From assembly GCA_029262995.1 (NCBI GenBank), contig JAJCYH010000018.1, positions 52,326 through 116,325 of the forward strand: DNA of 64,000 bases, written 5' to 3'. This DNA comes from Saprospiraceae bacterium (GTDB taxonomy: Bacteria; Bacteroidota; Bacteroidia; Chitinophagales; Saprospiraceae). The translations under genes were made by a program, and so were the position numbers. How positions within the stretch are numbered: the first letter of the stretch is position 1; every line of letters begins with the position of its first letter. Of the stretch, positions 1 through 8,383 are shown piece after piece. The notes beneath the pieces are model-generated. The model ran no database searches and was not told the DNA's origin. It was given only the letters and a program-made list of their open reading frames with translations.

Positions 1-1359
1 ACAAGGGGCTACATAATCACAAAGAACTGATGTTTCATTTGGTTGATAGTGAACTGCAACCTTAGTTCCTACTTTTGATAATGCTTCAGCAAACTTAGAA
101 GCACTTGATGAATCGTATGCAGGATTTGTATCCAACATCACAACTGCATCAATTCTTCCACCGTTCATTTCGTTGATCAAAGCCTCAAGGTTTTTCTCAT
201 TACCCTGTCTCTGCATTGAAGCATCACTCATGGAAATGGTTGAACCATAATTGCCAAGAATTTCATTCATGTGATTAACCAATACTTGTTCGTATGGATT
301 ATTCGAAGCGCTTATGACTAAAGAATTTCCGCTTGCTGATTTAAGCTCTTGAGCTACTCTATCCAAAGCGCTTTTTGCTTTATCATTAAGGGCAGCTGAA
401 GAACTACCATCACTTAATATACCATGCAAGTAGGCAATTGCTTGCCCAAGTTCTGATGGCTTAATCAATACTCTATTATCTGCATTAGAACCTGTCATTG
501 ACATGTGACTCTCCACTTGGATATGTCTTGACATCTTTGGATTGTCCGCATTGACGATTCTATTTTTAGAATAAGCCTTCGCATATTCAACTGGAGATAT
601 CCAAGTACCAAGAAAGTCAGCATTAAAACTTACTATAACATCTGCCTTATCAAAATGATACGAAGGTATTACGGCTTGACCATAACTCATTTCATTAGCA
701 TCCAATATTGCAGCAGATGACACAGGATCATAACTAATCCATTGTGATGACGGATAGGCACTAATAAATTCTTCAATTGCATTTTTTGCTGTTGGACTAA
801 GTATGGTATTTGATACCAAACGCACATTCTTTGCAGTTGACAATGCCTCCTTAACTTCTGTATCTAGTTTATTCCAAGAAATGGCTTCAAAACCATTTTC
901 TGATTTCTTCAATGGTGAACGATATCTGTTGGTATCATATAAACTAAGCACAGATGCTTGCACCCTTGCTGAAGTCCCTCCTTTAGTTATAGAAGAAAGG
1001 TCGTTACCTTCCACTTTAATAGGACGACCTTCTCTACATTTTACTAAAATAGGGCAATAGTCTCCACCAACTACATAACTAGAAGCGTAGTATGTTGCTA
1101 CACCAGGTACTATTTCATCTGGCTTAATAACATAAGGTATTGCTCTTTTAATAGGAATATCGCAACCAGCAGCTACCGTTGCTGCGCCCAATCCAAAGCC
1201 TAAGAACTTAAGAAAGTCCCTACGGTTAGATTGTGTATAATCTAATCCTTCACTGTTTTCAAGAATATCTCCACCAGCAAATTCTTGCTCGACAGTTTCT
1301 AGAAATGCTTCATCTCTAACAAGATCTTTCTCTCCAATCCAAATAGAATTCTTATCCAT
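1..1359 (-). CDS. actB: Alternative Complex III ActB-like molybdopterin-family oxidoreductase subunit, N-terminal part (3' end runs off the window)
   Basis: Absent from the ORF track because it is open to position 1. Reverse translation from the ATG at 1359 gives MDKNSIWIGEKDL...SNRRDFLKFLGFGLGAATVAAGC, a twin-arginine signal, followed by molybdopterin-oxidoreductase-like sequence. It lies 23 nt downstream of the multihaem actA-like gene, the usual ACIII order. Confidence 0.75.
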   Translation of the reverse strand, partial: MDKNSIWIGEKDLVRDEAFLETVEQEFAGGDILENSEGLDYTQSNRRDFLKFLGFGLGAATVAAGCDIPIKRAIPYVIKPDEIVPGVATYYASSYVVGGDYCPILVKCREGRPIKVEGNDLSSITKGGTSARVQASVLSLYDTNRYRSPLKKSENGFEAISWNKLDTEVKEALSTAKNVRLVSNTILSPTAKNAIEEFISAYPSSQWISYDPVSSAAILDANEMSYGQAVIPSYHFDKADVIVSFNADFLGTWISPVEYAKAYSKNRIVNADNPKMSRHIQVESHMSMTGSNADNRVLIKPSELGQAIAYLHGILSDGSSSAALNDKAKSALDRVAQELKSASGNSLVISASNNPYEQVLVNHMNEILGNYGSTISMSDASMQRQGNEKNLEALINEMNGGRIDAVVMLDTNPAYDSSSASKFAEALSKVGTKVAVHYQPNETSVLCDYVAPC

Positions 1360-1382
1360 TATAATTTAGGTTCAATTTGCAA

Positions 1383-2783
1383 TTAATAGTGACATTTTTG
1401 ACATTCAAGACCACCGATCTCTTCTACAGTAACCTTATCACGGCTACCTGATGCCATTTCATCATGATATAATTTATAACTATCGTAATATTCATTTCCT
1501 TCGAATTGAACTTCAGTTTGTCTGTGACAATTGATACACCATCCCATTGACAAAGGAGAATACTGTTCAAGTACTTTCATCTCTTCAACTTTCCCATGAC
1601 ATTGCTGACACTCTACTTTACCAACTGAGACATGCTGTTCATGATTAAAGTAAACATGATCCGGAAGGTTATGAATTCTAATCCACTCAATAGGACCTTG
1701 AATTTTTTGCTTTTGATCATTGGTTAATGAATTTACAATACCATCCCATTGTTCTTCTACAACTCTTTCTCCTTCGTTATCCAACTCTGCAAGCCCTTTG
1801 GTTTCTAAGTAAGTATCTCCTATCCATTTAGCATAAATAGCTTTCAACTCTTCATTGCCAAGTTCATCGTAGTTGTCTATGTAGGTGTTATCTGTTGGAT
1901 TGTAACCAATAGAAGCAAATATCTTTGTTAATTCAGCAGTTCCATATTCAGAACCTACGGTAATAGCTCTGTGACAGTTCATACATGTATTTGCTGACGG
2001 AATTACAGAATGCTTAGATCTTCTGGCACCATCATGACAGTATTGGCAATCTATTTTATTTAATCCTGCATGTGTTTCGTGAGAAAACTTAATTGGTTGC
2101 TCAGGGGCATATCCTTCTTGTCTTCCAAGTGATACTGAATTATTTACCGTGGTGTAAGCACCTAAAATAACTGTTGCAAATAACAAAAAAGTAATTATAC
2201 CTCTGCTTGTAAGTGTTTGCCACAAAGATTTTCTTTGGAATGTTCGTCCTTCTTTCTCAGCTGAAATAACATTAAGGTTGGAAATGACCCTAGCTAAAGT
2301 AATAGAAAGGATAAAAAGAAAAGCAAATAAAAGGTAATACATCCAATCTGGCGTTTGCCTTTCTTGCACAACAACTGCTGTAGATCCCACAGTAGTTCCA
2401 CCAGCACCATTGACATATACGTCATCAATGTATAATAATATCGATTCTATGTTATCGTTTGTCAAGTTTGGAAATGACTGCATAGCCACTTTATTCCATT
2501 CATTGTAAACCTCTACCGCTCGAGGATGTTCGTCAGCAACCAACTGCTGAGAATTCTTGATCCATGCATACAAATCTTCACGATCATAATCTGCCCAACG
2601 TTCCTCTGCACCACCTAGGGCAGGTCCTGTTGCTTTGGATTTCATGTTTTTGGCATGACACTGGGCACAATTGATACGAAACAAATCTTTACCCTCATCA
2701 ATCGTAGGTTCTGCCAACAAAGAGAACGAAAAGAAAATGAGTGTCAGAGATAGGAAAAATGATTTAAAAGAATATCTGGTCAT
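1383..2783 (-). CDS. actA: Multihaem cytochrome c, ActA-like (five CxxCH in the C-terminal part) with an extra N-terminal monohaem cytochrome c domain
   Basis: Six CxxCH motifs are present: CAQCH, CQYCH, CMNCH, CQQCH, CINCH, CQKCH. There is a signal peptide (MTRYSFKSFFLSLTLIFFSFSLLA) and two internal hydrophobic helices. I chose the start at Met-20 of the track ORF (2783) because a TAAATTTG -7 box at 2838..2845 overlaps the longer start. Confidence 0.75.
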   Translation of the reverse strand: MTRYSFKSFFLSLTLIFFSFSLLAEPTIDEGKDLFRINCAQCHAKNMKSKATGPALGGAEERWADYDREDLYAWIKNSQQLVADEHPRAVEVYNEWNKVAMQSFPNLTNDNIESILLYIDDVYVNGAGGTTVGSTAVVVQERQTPDWMYYLLFAFLFILSITLARVISNLNVISAEKEGRTFQRKSLWQTLTSRGIITFLLFATVILGAYTTVNNSVSLGRQEGYAPEQPIKFSHETHAGLNKIDCQYCHDGARRSKHSVIPSANTCMNCHRAITVGSEYGTAELTKIFASIGYNPTDNTYIDNYDELGNEELKAIYAKWIGDTYLETKGLAELDNEGERVVEEQWDGIVNSLTNDQKQKIQGPIEWIRIHNLPDHVYFNHEQHVSVGKVECQQCHGKVEEMKVLEQYSPLSMGWCINCHRQTEVQFEGNEYYDSYKLYHDEMASGSRDKVTVEEIGGLECQKCHY

Positions 2784-2837
2784 TCTTATTTTTTTTATGT
2801 AGTTGGACTCTTCAAAAATCAAGCTCAATAATTGCTG

Positions 2838-2845
2838 CAAATTTA
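2838..2845 (-). promoter_or_regulatory. Candidate Bacteroidota -7 promoter box (TAAATTTG, matches TAnnTTTG) for actA
   Basis: The reverse complement of caaattta is taaatttg, about 55 nt upstream of the preferred actA ATG. Confidence 0.35.
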
Positions 2846-2887
2846 TAATTTCAACAATTGATTTAACAATAAATATGTAGGTACTTA

Positions 2888-2912
2888 ATTATTTAGATAT
2901 CGTCTAAATAAT
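2888..2912. promoter_or_regulatory. Perfect 10-5-10 inverted repeat ATTATTTAGA-tatcg-TCTAAATAAT, copy 1 of a motif shared with the nqr upstream region
   Basis: Read directly. It matches 30688..30712 at 21 of 25 positions. It lies between the thyA stop and the actA promoter region. Confidence 0.5.
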
Positions 2913-3706
2913 CAAACAGAAACCCTAGCCTTTATATGGGGATGCGGGTCGTAATCCTTCAACTCAAAGTCATCATATATAAAGTCAAAAATCCTATTTA
3001 CTTTAGGGTTAATATCCATAATTGGCAATGGTCTTGGAGACCTGCTTAATTGCAATTCAGCTTGCTCCAAATGGTCTGAATAAAGGTGCACATCACCAAA
3101 AGTGTGTACAAAATCACCGTATTCCAAACCACAAACTTTCGCCATCATCATTGTAAGCAAAGCATAGGAAGCAATATTAAAAGGTACGCCAAGAAAAGTA
3201 TCTGCTGATCTTTGATACAATTGACAAGACAATTTGCCTTCCGATACATAGAATTGGAACAAGCAATGACAAGGCGTAAGGGCCATATCATCCAATTCAC
3301 CAGCATTCCATGCATTAACTACAATTCGCCTTGAATCAGGATTATTTTTAATCAACTCAACAGCTCTGCTGATTTGATCAATTGTTGAACCATCTGGTTT
3401 GGTCCATGATCGCCACTGTTTACCATATACAGGGCCTAATTCACCATTCTCATCAGCCCATTCATTCCATATTCGAACACCATTATCCTGCAAATACTTC
3501 ACATTGGTATCTCCCCTTAGAAACCATAACAGTTCATGGACTATAGATTTGAGATGTAATTTCTTGGTAGTTAGCATTGGAAATCCTTCAGAAAGGTCAA
3601 ATCTCATCTGATAACCAAAGCAACTAAACGTTCCAGTGCCGGTTCTGTCCTGCTTCTTTACACCATTGCTTAATATATGTCTTAGTAAATCGTGGTACTG
3701 CTTCAA
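2912..3706 (-). CDS. thyA: Thymidylate synthase
   Basis: Classic ThyA sequence: [26 protein letters not shown]...[24 protein letters not shown]...[10 protein letters not shown]...[20 protein letters not shown]. Confidence 0.95.
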   Translation of the reverse strand: MKQYHDLLRHILSNGVKKQDRTGTGTFSCFGYQMRFDLSEGFPMLTTKKLHLKSIVHELLWFLRGDTNVKYLQDNGVRIWNEWADENGELGPVYGKQWRSWTKPDGSTIDQISRAVELIKNNPDSRRIVVNAWNAGELDDMALTPCHCLFQFYVSEGKLSCQLYQRSADTFLGVPFNIASYALLTMMMAKVCGLEYGDFVHTFGDVHLYSDHLEQAELQLSRSPRPLPIMDINPKVNRIFDFIYDDFELKDYDPHPHIKARVSV

Positions 3707-3924
3707 AACTTTGAATGTTGCGCTAAAATACTATTCTACCATTTATATATGATAAAATAAAGTATATAAAAATTCAAATGATTTGCATAAACCGTTCTGA
3801 GGAATAATTTTTTAAATTTTAATATAAGCAAACTAATAAATATATTACGCTGCTAAAATTGGGCAATCTATTAGGATCTAGGCTCATCAATTTGAATAAT
3901 TGACATTAACTAAGCTAGAATTAT

Positions 3925-5544
3925 ATGTATTTTAAGAACAGAATTTCAATCATTTTAATGGGACTACTGTTGCCATTAACTTCTTTTGCTAAAGGACTTG
4001 ATGAAACTATTGATGATTGGTTTAGTCCAATTGCAACGGCTTGGGAGTCCTTGGTATTTACGCCAATCCCAATAGCTGGACTAAGTGTTCCTTTTGTCGT
4101 CATATTGCTTGTAGTTGGTGCAGGGTTTTTCACTTTCTATTTCAAATTCGTAAATATTAGGAAATTTCCATTGGCCATTAGTGTCGTAAGAGGCAAATAT
4201 GATAGCATAGAAGGTGGTGAAGAACCAATCACGACTGACACTGTAAATGTAGTAGATGGGGATATCGTTGATACAATACGTATAGAAGGGAAACAAGGAG
4301 AAGTAAGTCACTTTCAAGCATTAGCAACTGCAGTTTCAGGAACTGTAGGTTTGGGTAATATTGCAGGTGTTGCAGTAGCTATTGCTATAGGTGGTCCTGG
4401 TGCTACATTCTGGATGATTATTTGTGGGCTTTTGGGAATGTCTTCAAAATTTGTGGAATGTACCTTAGGTGTTAAATATAGAGATGTTGATAAAGATGGA
4501 ACTGTGTATGGTGGTCCAATGTATTATCTATCAAAAGGCTTAAAAGAACGCGGCTTTGAAAAAATCGGAAAAGTCCTTGCGGTAACTTTTGCTGTTTTGT
4601 GCGTAGGTGCTTCATTCGGAGGAGGAAATGCATTTCAGTCCAATCAGGCAACCGTGCAATTAATATCAATGTTGGGTCTTTCAGGTGGGGCGATCAAGAC
4701 CGTAATTGGATTTATTTTGGCGACATTGGTTGGTCTTGTTATCCTTGGAGGAATCAAGAGTATTGCAAAAGTTACGGAGAAGATTGTGCCGTTTATGGCA
4801 GCCATTTATGTAGCAGCTTGTCTCTTTATAATAATTTCAAATTTTGGTTTTGTTGATGATGCTTTTAGATTGATCATCTCAGGAGCTTTTACACCGGCAG
4901 CCGGTTTTGGTGGATTACTAGGTGTAATAATTGTTGGGTTCCAAAGAGCAGCTTTCTCAAATGAAGCTGGTGCCGGGTCCGCGGCGATCGCACATTCCGC
5001 TGTAAGAACAAGATTTCCTGCCAGTGAAGGAATCGTAGCTTTGATGGAGCCTTTCATTGATACCATAGTCATTTGTACAATGACTGCCTTGGTTATCATC
5101 ATGTTCAATAGTGATGGTGCATTTACCTATGGTAATCTAGACGTAAATAATAATATAATCCTAAACGCTACAGGAGAATCTTTTGGTGGAGTTGATCTTA
5201 CGAGTATGGCGTTCGCAGATACATTACCTTGGTTTCCGTATGTACTAACCGTTGCAATTATTCTCTTTGCATTTTCTACAATGATTTCTTGGTCTTATTA
5301 TGGCATGCAATCATGGAAGTTCTTATTTGGTAAAGGCAAGAAAGCCGATATCGTATTTAAGGTACTATTTCTTGCATTTGTCGTGATTGGATCAGCAGCT
5401 AAACTAGATGCGGTTATTAAGTTTTCTGATGCCATGATACTTGCATTAGTATTTCCAAATATGATTGGATTATTCTTTTTATATCCAAAAGTTAAGGAAG
5501 AGCTTGATAAATATTTAGCTGCCATTAATGGAAAAAATTCATAA
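3925..5544 (+). CDS. Alanine/glycine:cation symporter (AGCS) family transporter
   Basis: Polytopic membrane protein with AGCS-like blocks GTVGLGNIAGVAVAIAIGGPGATFWM and FSNEAGAGSAAIAHSA. Confidence 0.85.
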   Translation: MYFKNRISIILMGLLLPLTSFAKGLDETIDDWFSPIATAWESLVFTPIPIAGLSVPFVVILLVVGAGFFTFYFKFVNIRKFPLAISVVRGKYDSIEGGEEPITTDTVNVVDGDIVDTIRIEGKQGEVSHFQALATAVSGTVGLGNIAGVAVAIAIGGPGATFWMIICGLLGMSSKFVECTLGVKYRDVDKDGTVYGGPMYYLSKGLKERGFEKIGKVLAVTFAVLCVGASFGGGNAFQSNQATVQLISMLGLSGGAIKTVIGFILATLVGLVILGGIKSIAKVTEKIVPFMAAIYVAACLFIIISNFGFVDDAFRLIISGAFTPAAGFGGLLGVIIVGFQRAAFSNEAGAGSAAIAHSAVRTRFPASEGIVALMEPFIDTIVICTMTALVIIMFNSDGAFTYGNLDVNNNIILNATGESFGGVDLTSMAFADTLPWFPYVLTVAIILFAFSTMISWSYYGMQSWKFLFGKGKKADIVFKVLFLAFVVIGSAAKLDAVIKFSDAMILALVFPNMIGLFFLYPKVKEELDKYLAAINGKNS

Positions 5545-5549
5545 ACGAA

Positions 5550-6035
5550 TTGGCTAAGCTAGTTCTTCATCTTGGATCAAATTTAGGAGATCGATTCAAG
5601 TATATTTCTATTGCGATTTTTTTTATTAAAAAAATGATTGGAGTCGTTTTAAAGAGATCCTCCTATTATGAAACTGAGGCCTGGGGCAATAAAAATCAAA
5701 AAGATTTCATCAATCAAGCTATTGTGGTTGAAACTAATTTGAGTCCAGAAGAAGTTTTGGATTCAATCCAAAAAATTGAATATAATTTAGGTCGCATCAA
5801 AGCAGAAAAGTGGGGAGCTCGAATCATAGATATAGATATTATCTTTTACGATTCTGAAATAATCAAAAATGGTGATTTGAAAATACCCCATCCTGAATTA
5901 ACAAATCGTAATTTTGTCCTCATCCCATTAAATGAAATTATCCCGGATTTTGAACATCCGGAATTATTTAAAACAATCACTAAAATATTATCCGAATGTT
6001 TGGACTCTTGTAATGTTCGGAAAGTTAATACATGA
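5550..6035 (+). CDS. folK: 2-amino-4-hydroxy-6-hydroxymethyldihydropteridine diphosphokinase (HPPK)
   Basis: LGSNLGDR, ETEAWG, RIIDIDIIFYD and IPHPELTNRNFVLIPLNEI motifs. TTG start. Overlaps the next gene by 4 nt. Confidence 0.85.
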   Translation: MAKLVLHLGSNLGDRFKYISIAIFFIKKMIGVVLKRSSYYETEAWGNKNQKDFINQAIVVETNLSPEEVLDSIQKIEYNLGRIKAEKWGARIIDIDIIFYDSEIIKNGDLKIPHPELTNRNFVLIPLNEIIPDFEHPELFKTITKILSECLDSCNVRKVNT

Positions 6036-6685
6036 GTACTAAGGAATTACTATACCAATTTGTCTGCATAGAAGGAAATATAGGAAGTGGTAAAACTTCT
6101 CTTGTAGAAAAACTTTCCACAGATTATGGGGGTAGAATTTTGTTGGAAGAATTTGAAGACAATCCATTCCTTCCTTTATTTTATAATGATCCAGAAAGGT
6201 ATGCTTTTACTGTGGAGTTGTTTTTTATGACGGAAAGGTACAAGCAAATGCAAAACCACATGAGCAATCAGGATTTATTCAATCGCTATTTATTCACAGA
6301 CTTTTCATTTATAAAAACACTGCTTTTTGCAAGAAAAAACCTACAGAAGGAAGAATACAAATTATTCCAAATGCTTTTTTCTGTATTAAATAAATCATTT
6401 CCTACACCTGATTTGATGGTATTTCTCCATCGAGATACAGAACATCTGATAAACAATATTAGAGAAAGGAATAGAAGTTATGAACTGAGCATCACTCAAG
6501 AATATCTTAAAACAATTCAAGATTCTTACTTTGAATACCTTAGAAATATCACGTCCTTTCCTGTCCTGATTCTAGACATTAAAGACTTGGATTTTGTAAG
6601 TAATGCAACGCATTATGAAACGATTAAATTTCTGATATCAAAGCAATACAATCCTGGGGTGCATCGAATTTCTCTTTCCGTTTAA
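6032..6685 (+). CDS. Deoxynucleoside kinase family protein
   Basis: P-loop IEGNIGSGKTSL, followed by dNK-like ERY and DR motifs. Translationally coupled to folK. Confidence 0.8.
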   Translation: MSTKELLYQFVCIEGNIGSGKTSLVEKLSTDYGGRILLEEFEDNPFLPLFYNDPERYAFTVELFFMTERYKQMQNHMSNQDLFNRYLFTDFSFIKTLLFARKNLQKEEYKLFQMLFSVLNKSFPTPDLMVFLHRDTEHLINNIRERNRSYELSITQEYLKTIQDSYFEYLRNITSFPVLILDIKDLDFVSNATHYETIKFLISKQYNPGVHRISLSV

Positions 6686-8208
6686 TCCTTATTCTTTTCT
6701 GGCTTCATCTGTGGAAAAAACAAGACATCTTGAATAGATTCAGCATTAGTCATTATCATAGCCAACCTATCAATACCGATTCCAATTCCTGCTGTTGGTG
6801 GCATACCATACTCCAAAGCTCTTAGGTAATCCTCATCCAATTGCATCGCTTCTTCATCGCCTCTTTTACCTAGCTCCAACTGATCCTCAAATCTTTTCCT
6901 TTGGTCAATCGGATCATTAAGTTCAGTGAACGCATTACAAATTTCTTTAGCATTACATATAACCTCAAATCTCTCGACCAAGCCTTCCTTTGTTCTATGT
7001 TTCTTTGCCAATGGAGACATTTCAACAGGATAGTCTGTGATGAATGTAGGCTGAATAAGGTGATGTTCGCATTGCTCTCCAAAAATCTCATCAATCAGTT
7101 TGCCCTTACCCATAGTATCATCTACATGTATTTTCAGGCTTTTGGCTGTCGTCCTTAATTCAGCTTCATCCATATTTGAAATATCAATGCCAGTATAATG
7201 CTCAATGGCTTCGAACATTGTAAACCGTTTCCATGGCCTTTTAAAACTGATGATATTATCTCCTACTTTTACCTTGGTAGTCCCATGGATCTCTTGCGCA
7301 ACATATTCTATCATTTCTTCCATAAGATCCATCATCCAGTTGTAATCTTTATAGGCAACATAGAGCTCCATCATGGTAAACTCAGGATTATGAAAACGGC
7401 TCATTCCCTCATTCCTGAAATCCTTAGCAAATTCGAAGACACCATCGAATCCTCCAACAATCAATCTTTTTAAATATAATTCATTTGCAATACGCAAGTA
7501 AAATGCTGTATCTAATGCGTTATGATGCGTCTTAAAAGGGCGAGCAGCAGCTCCTCCATAAATAGATTGAAGAATTGGTGTTTCAACTTCTAGATAACCA
7601 CGATCAGTCATGAATTTTCTCATGGCATTAATCATTTTGGTTCTTTTGATAAAAGTGCTTCTTACTTCTGGGTTAACGGTCAAATCAACATATCTCTGTC
7701 TATATTTAAACTCAGGATCTGAAACTCCATCATGTACTTTTCCTTCTGCATCTGTTTTGACAACAGGCAAAGGCTTTACAGATTTACTAAGCAACACCAA
7801 TGCCTTCACATGAATGGAAATCGTTCCTGTTTGCGTAATAAATACATGACCTTTTATGCCGATAATGTCTCCTAGGTCAAGATTCTTTTTAAAAATTTGA
7901 TTATAAAGGGTTTTGTTTTCGCCTGGACATATTTCATCTCTGTTGACATAGATTTGAATTCTTCCAGAACTATCTTGAATTTCTGCAAATGAAGCTTTGC
8001 CCATTACTCTTTGACTCATTAACCTTCCCGCAAGCTGTACAGAACCGAAATCTTCACTCCCTTCCTTAAAGTTTTCAATAATTTCTTTAGCAGAATGACT
8101 AATTTCAAATGTTTCATTTGGAAATGGATTAATCCCCATTTCTATGATTTTATTAAGATTTTCTCTTCTTATAATTTCCTGTTCACTCAAATGCCTTTCC
8201 ATAATCAT
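6682..8208 (-). CDS. lysS: Lysine--tRNA ligase, class II
   Basis: An OB-fold N-terminal part followed by the class II core (FRNEGMSRFHNPEFTMMELY, GIGIGIDRLAMIMT). The start may be the second Met, 6 nt downstream. Confidence 0.95.
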   Translation of the reverse strand: MIMERHLSEQEIIRRENLNKIIEMGINPFPNETFEISHSAKEIIENFKEGSEDFGSVQLAGRLMSQRVMGKASFAEIQDSSGRIQIYVNRDEICPGENKTLYNQIFKKNLDLGDIIGIKGHVFITQTGTISIHVKALVLLSKSVKPLPVVKTDAEGKVHDGVSDPEFKYRQRYVDLTVNPEVRSTFIKRTKMINAMRKFMTDRGYLEVETPILQSIYGGAAARPFKTHHNALDTAFYLRIANELYLKRLIVGGFDGVFEFAKDFRNEGMSRFHNPEFTMMELYVAYKDYNWMMDLMEEMIEYVAQEIHGTTKVKVGDNIISFKRPWKRFTMFEAIEHYTGIDISNMDEAELRTTAKSLKIHVDDTMGKGKLIDEIFGEQCEHHLIQPTFITDYPVEMSPLAKKHRTKEGLVERFEVICNAKEICNAFTELNDPIDQRKRFEDQLELGKRGDEEAMQLDEDYLRALEYGMPPTAGIGIGIDRLAMIMTNAESIQDVLFFPQMKPEKNKD

Positions 8209-8221
8209 TTAATTTAAAGCG

Positions 8222-8229
8222 CAAAATTA
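8222..8229 (-). promoter_or_regulatory. Candidate -7 box TAATTTTG upstream of lysS
   Basis: The reverse complement of caaaatta matches TAnnTTTG. It lies very close to the ATG, so the leader would be short. Confidence 0.25.
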
Positions 8230-8352
8230 ACATATTATTCATAGCTCTACTATGAAAATGAGAAAGACAAGTTTGTCTATTTTAAGTAATAGTATTACAA
8301 TGCCTTAACTTTATTCGTTCTAATTTAAAGCAACGAGAATAAACTATTTCCT

Positions 8353-8360
8353 TAATTTTG
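8353..8360 (+). promoter_or_regulatory. Candidate -7 box TAATTTTG upstream of the 1853-aa gene
   Basis: Matches TAnnTTTG, 24 nt before the ATG at 8384. Confidence 0.3.
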
Positions 8361-8383
8361 AATCCTAATTCAGCCTGTACTTA

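Noticed and set aside
2784-2840. Longer start (MQQLLSLIFEESNYIKKIR...) for the actA-like ORF
   Set aside because: The extension precedes a good signal peptide that begins at the second Met. It is also overlapped by a TAAATTTG -7 box at 2838..2845.
3707-3924. Glycine or other riboswitch upstream of the alanine/glycine:cation symporter
   Set aside because: The 218-nt spacer is extremely AT-rich. I could not find the conserved GGAGAG...CACCG-type cores of a glycine riboswitch.
8266-8279. Palindrome AGACAAGTTTGTCT in the lysS / giant-gene divergent region
   Set aside because: It is a short 6-2-6 repeat occurring once. It is not related to the other palindromes beyond sharing a GTCT/AGAC core, which is insufficient to call a site.
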